Below, piece by piece: positions 35,265 through 48,217 of a stretch of 64,000 nt of DNA. The translations under genes and the position numbers were made by a program. This stretch comes from Carcharhinus longimanus (Eukaryota), in contig JASCQW010000043.1 of the NCBI GenBank assembly GCA_030264375.1, forward strand, positions 125,606,407 through 125,670,406, given 5' to 3'. The stretch's first letter is position 1, and each line of letters starts with the position of its first letter. The notes beneath the pieces were generated by a model. It ran no database searches. It was not told the origin of the DNA and saw nothing but the letters and a program-made list of their open reading frames with translations.

Positions 35265-35650
35265 CAGGGTTCAAGTCACGTTCTAGAGATTTGAGCACAA
35301 CATGTAGGCTGACAGCACAGGTGCAGTACTGAGAGAGTGCTGCACTGTTGGAGGTGCAGTCCTTTGAATGGGATGTTAAACAGAGGCTAATATACATTCA
35401 CAGGCAAGATTCCATGGCATTATTTAAATGAGAGAATGGGGGCTCTCCCAGGTGGCCAGGTTCATATTTATCCCTCTACTCAGAGGCAGCTCATCCGGCC
35501 AAATCTCTGTGTTTGAAGAATCTTGTGGTGTGGGAATTGGATGTAATGTTGCATGATAACATTGGCCACATTTTCAAAGTACTAAACTGGCTGTAAAATG
35601 CTTTGTGATGGCCTCAGGCCTTTAAAGGCGCTATATAAATACGTGTTTAA
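35265..35650 (+). mobile_element. DeuSINE (SacSINE1-like), near full length
   Basis: gggttcaagtcacgttctagagatttgagcac...gtgcagtactgagagagtgctgcactgttggaggtgc...aaaggcgctatataaat. Confidence 0.8.
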
Positions 35651-35734
35651 ATCTCTTTATTGCAGAGATTCTTTTCCATCAAAAGTGACAACCTGAGATT
35701 AATTACCTTTCACCCCCAAGTCCAAATCTAACTG

Positions 35735-36970
35735 AAAGACCATAAGCCAGTCAGCCCCTTGAGCTGCTTCGCCATCCAATTGGACCATGGCTGATCGAAC
35801 TTGCCTCATGTTCACTTTCCTGCCCTTTTCTCGTAACCCTCGATTCCCTTACTGATCAAAAATCTATCTATCCCAGCCTTAAATATACACAGCCACTCTG
35901 CTCCCCACAGCTCTCTGTGGCAAGGAGATCCAAAGGCTTTCAACCCTCAAGAAATTCCTCTTCACTTCAGTCTTAAATTGGTGTTCCTTTATTGAGGCTG
36001 TGCCCTCTCGTCCAAAACTCTCCCATGAAGGGAGACATCCTCTCAGCATTTACCCTGTCTAGCCTCGTAAGAATCTGCAACATTTCAATGAGATCACCTC
36101 ATAGTCTTCTAAATTCCAATGAGTAGAGCCCCAACCTTTCCCCACAAGACAATTCTTCCATATCAGGACTATCGTAGTGAACCCCTCTGAGCTGCCTCCA
36201 ATGAAATAATATCTTTCCTTAAATAAAGGGACCAAAACTGCTCACAGTTCCAGATATGGTCTCGCTTGTACCTTGTACAGTTACAGCAAGACTTCTCTAC
36301 TCTTATATTTCAAGGGGGTTGGAGTAAGGGCCAACATTCCATTAGCCTTCCTGATTACCTGCTGTACCTGTGCTAGCTTTCTATGTTTTGTGCAAAGTAT
36401 CCCCAAGTCCTTTTGTGTTGCAGTTTTCTGCAGTTTTTCTCCATTTAAGTAATACTCTGTTCTTTTATTCTCCCTTCCAAAATGAACAACTTCACATTTT
36501 CCCACATTATACATTTGCCAACTTTTTGCCCACTTACTTAACCAATCAATATCTCTTCATACACTATTTATATCACTCTCAACTTGCCTTTCCATCTATT
36601 TTTGCGTTGTCTGCAAATTTGGCTACAGGGACATTTGCTTCCTTCCTCCAAATCATTAATATATATTGTAAACAGTTGCGGTCCCAGCACTGACCCCACT
36701 GGTTAAGGTCACCAACCTGAAAAAGAACCCCTTATCCCTACTCACTGTTTCTTGAACATGAGCCAATTTTCTATCCACGCCAATATACTACCTCCAACAC
36801 CATGGGCTCTTACGGTTCAACGTTTTGTGAGGAACCTCTGAAGCCCTTCTGAAAGTCCAAATAGAACACATCTACCAGCTCCCCTCCATCCATTCCGGTT
36901 GAGATTTCCTTGAAAAACTTCAATAAATTAGTCAGACACGATTTCCCTTTCATGAAGCCATGCTGACTCT
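35735..36970 (-). mobile_element. CR1 LINE ORF2 remnant
   Basis: ORF 36281..36514 NVGKCEVVHFGRENKRTEYYLNGEKL...KANGMLA; CR1 3' tail at 35735-35800. Confidence 0.9.
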
Positions 36971-37550
36971 GGAACAAAGGTAACTTTCATTTTACAAACG
37001 ATCATTCCAATGTTACTGGAAAACCACTCTCCCCCACCCCCCAACAGAAACTGCAAAACTGCAATGTGTGGGCTTTGATTCTGGTAATGACCCAGGTTGA
37101 TCTGGCCTACTATATCCCAAGGGGGCTCAAGGCGTTAGTTCCAGTGACCCCTCTATCGCTGCCAGGCTGCAGAGGAAGGGTCATTCAAGGGTTCTGGGTT
37201 TTGGGTGGGCTGAGAGCAAATTTGGGTGGGAACCCAATTGGGGCTAGCAGGAAGGTCAAGTGAATCCTGATTGCCTTTGTGCCTGTTGGGAATCCTGATT
37301 TTTTTGGCTGATGCTCCTTTCAGTGCAGCACTGGGATTCCTGCCAGCTGTCTGATGAGCTCAGTGAATTCCCTCCAACATGTATTTAAGGGAATTGACAA
37401 GTAATTTAATAATTAAATAACACCTACCACAGAAGAGTTGTCCTAATATACTTCCACTATTTGCTTTTCCATTAACTGTGTCAGAAACATTTGCACATTA
37501 AACCTGGGTAATTCTAGAAGTAACAGAAATATCAGGAACATAACTTTTAC

Positions 37551-37707
37551 CTTGATTCACAAATTTTCCATTATATTGAAGGTTTAAGTTACGAACTGCT
37601 ATAGGATGCAGTTGTTCTTCACCATTTTCCCCGATGTAAAGCATATACATATCATAAAATTCAATGTCACGGTACTTAGATAAAAGTGTTGAAACAGAAA
37701 GTGTACA
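37551..37707 (-). CDS. TMEM67: TMEM67 (meckelin) internal coding exon, equivalent to human exon 12; CTLSVSTLLSKYRDIEFYDMYMLYIGENGEEQLHPIAVRNLNLQYNGKFVNQ
   Basis: 157-nt open exon, phase 0/1, with a long pyrimidine tract ending ctttcctggacag| and donor AAG|gtaaaa. It aligns without gaps to the recalled human segment [52 protein letters not shown] and continues in frame from the 41448-41513 exon. Confidence 0.9.
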
Positions 37708-40329
37708 CTGTCCAGGAAAGAAAATAAAGAAGTAAAAATGATACAATATATAGAAATTCTCTTAGAAGGCAAAATATTTCTCATGTGTTATAAAGATATG
37801 TCATATAGAATATTAACTTATGTCACCAGTTGGACATATATTTGGTATTTTCAAAAGAATATTTTTGCTAAGCAAGTGACACTGGCCTAGAGTAGTTATC
37901 ATGTTGCATTTGCAAAGTACATAAACTGCTTTATGGAGACACCAAACCTACAGAGCTCTCAGAGACAGTGACTGAAGTAAACCCAGATTGAAACCAGAGC
38001 AATAACATGCGACATAGCTGTTGGGTGTAAAATATGCTAGATTTGAACTAATAGTCAGAGATAGATTGCCACAGGGGTAGAAGGGGCACAGTCTTACCTC
38101 CTCTCTCTTGCTCTAAAATATTTCTCTACAAAGTTGAATTGTTTATGATTAGAAAACCAACCAGAAGAACTCATTGCTGCAAACTGAGAGTTCTTAAAGA
38201 AAGATTCTGAATCAACACCATTATCTCCAAGAGAAAACTGAATCAATTAGCCATGACTAATCCAGTGAGAAACCAAAGTACTAGCATCTACTGTTCTACT
38301 TTTCAGCTGCCAACAAGTATCCGGACATTCTGAGGATATTTTCTTTCCCTGGTCAAGTTTTAAGTCTGATACTCCACAGAGTTTATTTCATTTTTGCATT
38401 GGGAATAGTGGGTACTTAATCGTATTTGTACACTTTAAACATTTTAAGGATAATTTCTGCATCTTTGTCTGAGTGTGTTTAATTAACAAACTCTTTACTT
38501 CTTAAATTAAGGGACCCAGCTGGCCTATTTCATAAAGATGTGAATATGTATTGAATTGGCAATATCCCCTCCTTTTTAAATTCAAATTTTGTTATAACCC
38601 ACCCAAGGGTTGTATTTTATATGCCCTCGATGGGCATGTTTTTCAGCCCAACCCCTTCTTACAGATCCTGAGACTCACCACCATAATATGGGAGACTTAG
38701 GTGGAGTTGGGTGGTTGCTGAAATTGGCAGCCCAGCACCATAGTTAAATACATAATGAAGGGACAATTAGGCTTGTTACCAAATCATCTCACCCTGATAA
38801 TATGCTGGCCATGCCAAGAAACACCTATGTGGATCGTTGGGTGGAAGTTATCAGCCTAATTGTTTAAATAAATTCTTCAAACAGCTGGGAGGAAGGGGGG
38901 GTTTCTATCTTCAGGGGTTGCCCCTTGTCAATCAAGACACACCGTCCACATTACCCAAAACTTTAACTACCCTTTTTTTTCCTACTTGCCTGCAGCCTTA
39001 AATGCAACCCCTGTCACTGACCTGTCCAAACCCTCACTGTGCAAGTTCCCAGTCCTTCCTGACTTCTCCTCTTCTTGCAATTCTGGCAGTGCCTACTACT
39101 GCACACTTGGTAGTGCTGGGAATGACGAAGCTGCTGACCCATTGGATTGCTTAACCCATCAGCAGCAACATATAGCCGCGGGCAAGCTGGCGTGAAATAG
39201 ATCAGTTCCACACTGGCTTTGTTTCGGTGGGAGAGGGGGGATGAGGCACCCACACCCCCTTAATATTCAACCTCAGGAGTGGTATAAAGACAGGAGTCAA
39301 TAACTCTGTCCTGACCTGGTTGTAACATATGAAATTACAGTGCTTGGGTTTATTTAGTAACATCCATTTCAAGAGCTTAATCTAATAATATAGATCTTGG
39401 TACATTGCCTGATGCCAAACTCAGCTTGATTTGCCAAGAACAGTTTTATCTTTTGCTAGTACAATAATGTCCAGCAATGCCCCAATACACGTGTTTATGA
39501 ATCTGTGACTGGATTTCTCTAAATATTTTACCAACTTTCCACTTCTGCTTATCATACATGCTCTTATCCACGCAAACACTTTGCATCACTCCTAAACCCG
39601 CTGGGCTCAAGTGACTTCCTGGACATGAGACAAACATTTTATGGCTCGCCTCCTCACTTTCAAATCCATCAACAGTCACATGATTCTCAATTTTGGTGAA
39701 TTATTTCAGCATCACATCCCTGCATTTATTTTCCAGTACTGGTTTCCCATTCTACTATAAACAGTTGATTTTTTTATCCACCTCATCCCATCCTCTGGAA
39801 CTCCCCTTTCCAGCAATCCTCTGTGTGTTGTCAGTCACATTCCTTTCAGCTGCATTTTTGCCCCTTGGCAAAATGTCTACTAATGGTGTTCTGAAATATC
39901 TTTATAAAGAATAAGTGCTGAAGCTTTTGTAAGTTGGGGGTTAAGGAACGTAAGGGTTTTAAATTAGCTGGTACAAATACCCTCAGGATTTGGTACAATG
40001 TATTTGTTATTTCCTTGATGTCGGGACACACTTGAAAATTCCTTGATATTGGAGATGTAAGTCAATGTGTAACTGTTTTATGGTGCACCAATATGAGTTA
40101 TTCAGCAGTTTTATGACTGATTTATAAAACTGAGCACATAAGTCTAACTTGTAAATACATCTGTTAAGTGCAAGGAGAGAACATGTTATTGTGCTAAATA
40201 AATCATATTTTACAACATGCTAATTAATTATAATTTACTTCAGCTACTTTCCACCAGATTACAAAATGCTAAATTGAAGTAGAAAATGTTCCCTGCTGTA
40301 TACTAAATCTCTTATACATTGTTTTAAAT

Positions 40330-41350
40330 ATAAGATTATGATAAATAGTAGCAGCAGTAAGACATATGAGTCCTCAAGCATAGTGAGAAAAAAGTAATCT
40401 CAATATTACTGTCCTCCCCATTCCCCATATATTTTACTTCTCCTAAGGTCTGAAAATCTATCGATTCAACAACTGAGCATTTTCAGCTCTTTAGATTGAG
40501 AATTCCAAAGACATACAACCCTCTGAGTGAAGAAATTTCTCCTCATCTCATTCAAATTGGCTGTCCTGTTCTCCTGAGACTATTCTTAATTCTAGTTTCT
40601 CCAGCTGGGGAAACCACTTATTGGCATCTGTTAAACCCTCAGAATCTTACATATTTCAATAAGATCGCTTCTTCTTCCTCTAATCTTCAGAGAGTATAGG
40701 CCCATTCTACTCAATCTCTCCTCACTGGATAGTCCACTCATCCCAGGAATCAACTTAATGAATTTTTATTCATCCTTTGTACCGAGATCAAACTATACAT
40801 ATCGCTCCAAATGTGGTCTCAGCAAAGCCTTATGCTATTGCAGCAAGAATTACTTAGGCTTGTACTCTGATCCTCTTTCAAGAAGGCCAACATACCATTT
40901 GATTTCCTAATTGCTTGCTGTATCTGCATGGTAATTTTCTGCGTTTCTTGTATAAGAAGAAATGCATTGAATATCAACAATAGCTTTTCACCATTCCAAA
41001 AATATTTAGTTTCTCAAACTAAAGTAAATAACCTCACATTTCTTCACAGCATTCATACTTCTCGCTCACTCACTTAACCGATCCATATACCCTTTGCAGC
41101 TTCTGCAAACTATACACACAGCTTACTTTCCCACAACTCATCTTGATCTACCCTGTTACTTACATACTTAAAATCTCTAATAGAGTTGTCAAACACAAGT
41201 TCCCTTTCATAAGGCCAAGCTGACTCTGCTTAATTGTATAATGTGTTTGTAAGTGCTGTTACCACTTTCTTAACAATTATTCCAGCACTTCTATAACTCA
41301 TTGCAGATTAACTGACTTGTAGTTCCTCGTTTGCCCTATGTTTAATTTCT
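40330..41350 (-). mobile_element. Old CR1 remnant inside the TMEM67 intron
   Basis: agaattccaaagacatacaaccctctgagtgaagaaatttctcctcat...aaggccaacataccattt. Confidence 0.75.
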
Positions 41351-41447
41351 TGATAAATGATGTTATAAGTGTGAATTAAAAAGCTTTGGTATTTCCGTAG
41401 GTGAAATATAGCATAGCTGTTATTAATGACAAATTAATTATGCTCAC

Positions 41448-41513
41448 TTGTTGCTGATATGTGATTCCAAAGATATAAGCAATATTCAGCTTAGTCATGG
41501 TATCCGGGCACAA
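41448..41513 (-). CDS. TMEM67: TMEM67 (meckelin) internal coding exon, equivalent to human exon 11; LCPDTMTKLNIAYIFGITYQQQ
   Basis: 66-nt open exon, phase 0/0, with acceptor ttcttatttacag| and donor CAA|gtgagc. The peptide aligns without gaps to the recalled human meckelin segment [22 protein letters not shown]. Confidence 0.9.
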
Positions 41514-41577
41514 CTGTAAATAAGAACAATAAAACAAATCTTATTGTCCAAATAAGTCAACACATGCAAGCATGCAG

Positions 41578-41580
<3 letters not shown>

Positions 41581-41626
<46 letters not shown>

Positions 41627-41656
41627 CACACACACGCACAAACACACACACACACG
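41581..41656. repeat. (CG)n(CA)n microsatellite
   Basis: Direct dinucleotide run. Confidence 0.95.
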
Positions 41657-42367
41657 TGAGCAGACCAAGAGTTCTATCGAGACTTCTATGCATGGTTTAT
41701 AATAAGATGGTCACTGCTACATCAGTAGCTGCAATTCTCTGAACTACATCCTAAATAACCTTACTTACCCACTTCCCTCCTAATATTGAGCGAGATTTTA
41801 TGGCCTTGCTCGACTTGAGACTGGAAAAGCTTATCTGAGGTCAACGGACATTTTCATTGTCCACCCCCTGCCCACTCTAATTCCATGGCGGGCAGGGTGT
41901 GTCGTGGTTCCCCAAGACGACAACTTATTTAACCCGATTGAAACAGAGAGTCTGAGTTGTAATCCTCCAAGCAGTAGACTTTATTTTCCAGCACAAGAGA
42001 ATAAAGCCGGGATNNNNNNNNNNNNNNNNNNNNNNNNNNNNNNNNNNNNNNNNNNNNNNNNNNNNNNNNNNNNNNNNNNNNNNNNNNNNNNNNNNNNNNN
42101 NNNNNNNNNNNNNCCCTGACCCACACCACACTCTCCCTTCCCCCCCACAAATGCATCCAAAGTATCAGTCAATGAGTTTGTACAGTTTACAACAGGAAAT
42201 TCAAATGAAAATTCAGGAAATGAAAGAAACTAGTCTCAACCAAACACTCGCTAAGTTTGTTTTTGATCACTGGATACTGGGTGACCAATAGGTGTCAAGC
42301 ATCCACACTAGAAGGTGATGATTCTTCCAATCAGATATCTAATGTGATAGCTATAAATTCTTTATTT

Positions 42368-42655
42368 AGAATCACAGAATTTCCACAGTGCAGAAGGAGG
42401 CCATTTGGCCCATTGAGTCTGCATCAACAGCAATCCCACCATGGCCTATCCCCATAACCCCGTGTATTTACCCTGCAAATCCCCCTGATACTAAGGGGCA
42501 AACAACCTAACCTGCACATCTTTGGACCATGGGAGGAAACCCATGCAGACATGGGGAGAATGTGCAAACTCCACATAGACAGTGACCCGAGGCTGGAATT
42601 GAACCCAGGTCCTTGGCGCTGAGGGGCAGCACTGTTAACCCACTATGCCACCCAA
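42368..42655 (-). mobile_element. HE1/V-SINE-type SINE
   Basis: acagtgcagaaggaggccatttggccc...ggaattgaacccaggtccttggcgct...cactatgccacc. Confidence 0.85.
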
Positions 42656-42789
42656 ATATGATTACATCTTCATATGTTAGTTAGAAATTTAGAATTGATT
42701 TCTAAACAATCGTATCCATACATTATTCCTGTATTCCTAATCTTAAACTACACCACTTATACCAAACAAACACTTTTGCAGAGAACTGA

Positions 42790-43480
42790 GCACTTTGAGA
42801 TGGAATGGGGAGAGGCAATATAGACTTAATGACCTAATTCTGAAGATGATGCTGGAACAGATGGACCTGGGAGTGCATGTTCATCCATCTTTGAAGGGGG
42901 CAAAACATATCGAGAGAGAATAGTTGGCAAAGCCACTGATCTTGGGAAATCAGGGATGTTACGCTGAATCTTTATAAATCTCTGGCTAGGATCCACCTTG
43001 AGAATTGGGTTGGGGTCTGATCACCACACCTTAGGAAGGATGTGAAAGTGTTTCAGGTGGTGAGAATACTCAGCAGAATGGTCCCTGGGATGGGTGAATC
43101 TTTAGTTACAAATCAAAGTTGGAAAGAGTGGTCTTATTCTTCATGGAGAAGAGAACATTGAGGGGTGATTTGATAAGAGGTGTACAAGATTATGACCATT
43201 ATTAGATAAGGTAGACAAAGAAACACTTAGTAGCTGATGATGGAAGAACAAAGGGGACACAGATTTAAAATTTGGGGTAAAAGACGCAGGAGGAAGACAT
43301 GAACAGTAATGTCCTGAAACTCGCTAATTATAAGAGTTGTGGACGTGGAAACAATTAATGATTTTAAAAGGAAATTGTTTGGCTACTTGAAAGATATAAA
43401 TTTATAGGGTGAGGGAGAGCAAACAAGGGAATGGCACAGAATGGATTTCTCCAGGGGAGCTGGCAAGGATTCCATGCACC
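42790..43480 (+). mobile_element. Decayed CR1 3' region
   Basis: ggacctgggagtgcatgttca...caccacaccttaggaaggatgtg...gtgtacaagattatg. Confidence 0.7.
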
Positions 43481-43558
43481 GGGCAAAGCAGCAGAGTGAG
43501 GGGGAGCTGGTGGAGACATAACTCAGCAAGGTTACATCAAAATCAATGTCAAACTTAC

Positions 43559-43620
43559 CTGTGGTCCTGTCCTGGCAGCGGGCTCAGCCAGTCAGAGTGT
43601 GGCAGCATGCTGCTCGAAAC
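43559..43620 (-). other. Candidate exon ending at a perfect donor (MLPHSDWLSPLPGQDH, phase 2, or UTR)
   Basis: CAG|gtaagt (intron starts 43558), agcATG at 43608. Confidence 0.3.
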
Positions 43621-46087
43621 AGGTGCAAAGAATCTTCATATTCTCAAAAGACCCAACAGCAAATGGAAAAAGCCAATATTGGAAAGCGATAGAGGAGCTC
43701 AACGGGAACTGATACATAACTGTGCCCATTATGAACCATATTAATCCCTTATTACAATACACATGTACAGTGGGTGACATTGTGAAGCACAAACAGTCTG
43801 GGCAATACTAGGATTGGGTATGTAACTTTCTAAAGAACATTACCTATACCAATTTGCTTGTAAAAAATAACTTTTCCCATCGTGACAGAGTTGGTGTGAA
43901 GTTGAGGATTCCTCGCATTATCATTATTTGACAGTGAAAACAAAACACAACCAGTACAGTTTGATGACAATATCCAGCAGCACTTACTCCCATGTGGTGC
44001 AGCTTCCAGTCCTCAATCACTCGAGACTCTGTACAGTGCGGGAGAATGTGGCTGGACCTTGACTGCCTTTGAAGTGGATCTACACTTCTGACTTGGAATG
44101 TGAGCTGGAAGAGGAAATGACATCAGGAGCACATTTTCCATGTGTCCAAAAGTGACACAAAACTCCCAAAGCCAATCAGTAACAAAAGGAACAGGGATTA
44201 ATTTCTCTCTCTCCGTCTTTGCCACAGGTAAAGGGTAATTATAACAAGTTATTCAGTGCCCATTATCACATTCAAAAGATCAATCATATACCTTTGAACT
44301 GTTCTGAATGACGGTGTGGTTAAAACAATAGCATATGTCTCACCCTCAAATGTGCATGCTCCAAGCATTAGCAGTGATTAATCATCTTGTAACGGGAACA
44401 TAAATTAATTTAAATTAAATTACTTCTAAGTATCTTGTAGCACGAGAGAGTATTTTTGCATCACGTCTAATCAGCCTCCACAAACAATGAAATCATCATT
44501 CTTGACTACAATCCTGCTGGAGTTGATTCTCGAATAGTGTAAAACAGAGGAAAGTAAAGCCCATTTCACCGTGAATATCAGCAATTCGCAACATGACCCT
44601 GCAGAAGACTTTGAATAAACCTCAAGCCCATAAGAGCTCCCAACCTCATCTGAGTCCATACACCCCCACACAGCACCCGCCACCACCCCCCCCCCCACAC
44701 ACACACAGCACCNNNNNNNNNNNNNNNNNNNNNNNNNNNNNNNNNNNNNNNNNNNNNNNNNNNNNNNNNNNNNNNNNNNNNNNNNNNNNNNNNNNNNNNN
44801 NNNNNNNNNNNNNNNNNNNNNNNNNNNNNNNNNNNNNNNNNNNNNNNNNNNNNNNNNNNNNNNNNNNNNNNNNNNNNNNNNNNNNNNNNNNNNNNNNNNN
44901 NNNNNNNNNNNNNNNNNNNNNNNNNNNNNNNNNNNNNNNNNNNNNNNNNNNNNNNNNNNNNNNNNNNNNNNNNNNNNNNNNNNNNNNNNNNNNNNNNNNN
45001 NNNNNNNNNNNNNNNNNNNNNNNNNNNNNNNNNNNNNNNNNNNNNNNNNNNNNNNNNNNNNNNNNNNNNNNNNNNNNNNNNNNNNNNNNNNNNNNNNNNN
45101 NNNNNNNNNNNNNNNNNNNNNNNNNNNNNNNNNNNNNNNNNNNNNNNNNNNNNNNNNNNNNNNNNNNNNNNNNNNNNNNNNNNNNNNNNNNNNNNNNNNN
45201 NNNNNNNNNNNNNNNNNNNNNNNNNNNNNNNNNNNNNNNNNNNNNNNNNNNNNNNNNNNNNNNNNNNNNNNNNNNNNNNNNNNNNNNNNNNNNNNNNNNN
45301 NNNNNNNNNNNNNNNNNNNNNNNNNNNNNNNNNNNNNNNNNNNNNNNNNNNNNNNNNNNNNNNNNNNNNNNNNNNNNNNNNNNNNNNNNNNNNNNNNNNN
45401 NNNNNNNNNNNNNNNNNNNNNNNNNNNNNNNNNNNNNNNNNNNNNNNNNNNNNNNNNNNNNNNNNNNNNNNNNNNNNNNNNNNNNNNNNNNNCTCTGCAC
45501 ATTCTGGAGGGTCTGGGATGGTGAGAGGTGTTTGCAATGAATCACTTTGTGCTCTTCTGGGTTTTTTCAGTTCTGGGTGGGGTGGAATGGGGAGCTGGAA
45601 GGTGTAATTCAGTCTTTAAACTAACTTCTGAAACAGTGCTACTTCTGTTCCTTCTAGGATGTGGTCTGTAAAATATGGTTTCAACCAATGCAAATATGTA
45701 ATTAATTACAGACTTCTGTGATAAAAAATTTTTGTTACAATAACATTTAATTATCATTGGGAGGTGAGGCTGAGCAGAAAGTCAAAAGACGGGGAAATAG
45801 GGCAATGGATAAAAGAACAAAGAAACAAAAGGAATGGCTTTCTTTGAAAGGTGACACTGACAGAATGGAATGGGAAATCCCAAACCTTCATCCCACTCTT
45901 CCCACAATAATGACTGGAATTATCCAGATAGCGAGAACTGCTGCCATCTTTAACCAAGTAATTCGGCCAAATATCAACTTTTCATCGCTAGATGGGGGTG
46001 AGGTGTTAAGTCACGGCCCCACGGGATGGATATAAAAGATCTCGCAGCCACATGGAGAGATGGTTATTAAAGTTAAAAAAGCTTTTT

Positions 46088-46190
46088 TAAAGTTTATTTA
46101 TTAGTCACAAGTAGGCTTACATTAACACTGCAATGAAGTTACTGTGAAAATCCTAACTTCACCACACTCCACCACCGTCCACAACAGGCT
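46088..46190 (-). mobile_element. Isolated copy of the non-CR1 SINE/LINE tail
   Basis: tattagtcacaagtaggcttacattaacactgcaatgaagttactgtgaaaatcc is the reverse complement of the tail type at 23330-23400. Confidence 0.7.
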
Positions 46191-46234
46191 TCTTTGTTGC
46201 TGATTTTATATTTCATATTGTGATCTTTCACCAA

Positions 46235-46500
46235 GATATAGAATCCACGTAGTTCAGAAGGAGGCCATTCAGCCCATCGAGCCTGCACTGACAACAATCT
46301 CACCCCTGCCCCATCCCCGTAACCCACGTCATTTACCCTGTTAATCTCCATCAAACTAAGAGGTGATTGAGCATGGCCTAACCCACATCTTTGGAGCGTG
46401 GGAGGAAACCGGAGCACCCGGAGGAAACCCATAGGGAGAACGTGCAGACTTCACACAGACAGTGACCCAAGCCGGGAATCGAACCCGGGTCCCTGGTGCC
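46235..46500 (-). mobile_element. HE1/V-SINE-type SINE
   Basis: cagaaggaggccattcagccc...gggaggaaaccggagcacccggaggaaaccc...gccgggaatcgaacccggg. Confidence 0.85.
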
Positions 46501-47064
46501 GTAAGAATAGCATTGAGCAAGTGTCCCAGTTCAGATATTCCGCTGCAGCTGGAAAACTTGGTAACCAGTCGGAATCCTCTAAGTTCACCCTCCATGAATC
46601 AGAGCACACATCACTCCACGTTCCCAAAACTATCCCAATAAAAAAAAGCAGCTTTCCAGAAACTAACTTAACCAGCACACATCACACCAGGCAGGAAACT
46701 GATGGTTAATTCACTGCCTTGTTCTGCATACATGTTAATTTTGTCTGTGTGGAAAAACCATTGTCCATGTGGTGGTGATTACATGCTTGATATCTCCGAA
46801 ATGTGCAGCACCAGATGCCACAATGGACTCCGCTTCATAACATTTTGTAGCGGTTTCAAACCCCATCTGCAACAGATGCAGTTGTTAAACTTCATTGAGT
46901 TTATTTTGACCGTGTCGTGCCCTGGATCTGCGTACTGACTGGTCGAGGAACACCGAGGGGCAGCAGGTATTCAAACAGCTGTTCCGCTGGCTGGGATGTA
47001 TTGTTCACATCCCCAATCCCAGACTGCCCTGTAGCAATAGTTTTACTCGGAACACTCATTTTTT

Positions 47065-47425
47065 TCATTCATAGGATATGCGTATCACTGGCTGACCAGC
47101 ATTTATTACCCAGCCCAAGTTGCCCAAAGGCAGTTGAGAGTCAACCACATTGCTGTGGCTCCAGAGTCACACATTGGCCAGAGCGGGTAAAGACAGCTAA
47201 TGTCCTTTAGGGAAGGAAATCTGTGAATCAGATGGGTTTTTCCAACAATTGACAATGGTTTCATGGTCATCAGTAGATTCTTAATTCCAGATTTTTTTTT
47301 TTTTTTTTTTAAATTGAATTCAAATTCCACCAGCTGCTGCAGAGAGATTCAAACCTGGTCTCCAGAACATTAGCAGGGTTTCTGGAGTAATAGTCTAGCG
47401 ATAATACCACCAGGCCATCGCCTCC
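47065..47425 (-). mobile_element. Meta-type tRNA-derived SINE, full length
   Basis: Reverse-complement match to 15072-15425 along its length. Confidence 0.8.
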
Positions 47426-47884
47426 CCTAAATCATGGGTTGGAGATTCTCAGGAGGACAAACGGGAACACTTTAGGGAGGTCCTCAAAGCATCTAGGAAG
47501 ATTCCAGTTGCATCTGCCCTGCTGACTCACAGGAGACCCTGGCTTTGTAAATGACCATACAGAGAAGGCCCATTTGGAAAGGCACCAAACACTGAGAGAA
47601 TGTGACAGGAACATGCAGAGTTGCAGTCAAGATGTCAGAGGGAGTGTGCAAACCTCCAAACACCCACCTACCCAACCCTTCAAGCATCACCCGCCATGTG
47701 GTCATGTGGCAACACCTGTATTAATCAGCCATCTCTAAACCAATGGAACCAAAGTGCAAACAAGTCAACCTCAATCCTGAGTGTCTGCCCAAGAAGAAAC
47801 ACAGGCAGGGACCCTTGCCACAAGACACCAATCTGTGATATTCACAACAGCAATCCTCGAGTGGCTCCTGGTTCCTGTAATGAT

Positions 47885-48217
47885 GAACATAAGAACATAA
47901 GAAATAGGAGCAGGAGTGGGCCATCTAGCCCTTCGAGCCTACCCCACCATTCAATAAGATCATGGCTGATCTGTCGTGGCTCAGTTCCACATTCCCGCCC
48001 TCTCCCCATAACCCTTAANNNNNNNNNNNNNNNNNNNNNNNNNNNNNNNNNNNNNNNNNNNNNNNNNNNNNNNNNNNNNNNNNNNNNNNNNNNNNNNNNN
48101 NNNNNNNNNNNNNNNNNNTCATCAGCAAATTTCGACACCCTACACTCGGTTCCCTCCTCCAGATCATCTATATAAATGGTAAATAGCTGAGGCCACAGCA
48201 CCGACCCCTGGGGCACA
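47885..48217 (-). mobile_element. Young CR1 collapsed across a 100-N gap
   Basis: (aagaacat)n tail on the left; [18 protein letters not shown]...SKFAD RT motif on the right. Confidence 0.85.

Noticed and set aside
38620-39280. Possible old DNA-transposon/MITE-like segments (also about 33720-34100, 37030-37450 and 41740-41950)
   Set aside because: I could not define terminal inverted repeats or target duplications by eye.
39975-40031. VCPDIKEITNTLY resembling TMEM67 LCPDT..LN.AY
   Set aside because: The similarity is limited to a few residues and the splice context does not fit. The true exon is at 41448-41513.
44471-45545. Long ORFs of about 150-380 aa here and at 25102-26253, 5237-5729 and 28195-28773
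   Set aside because: They are artefacts of translating through N gaps.
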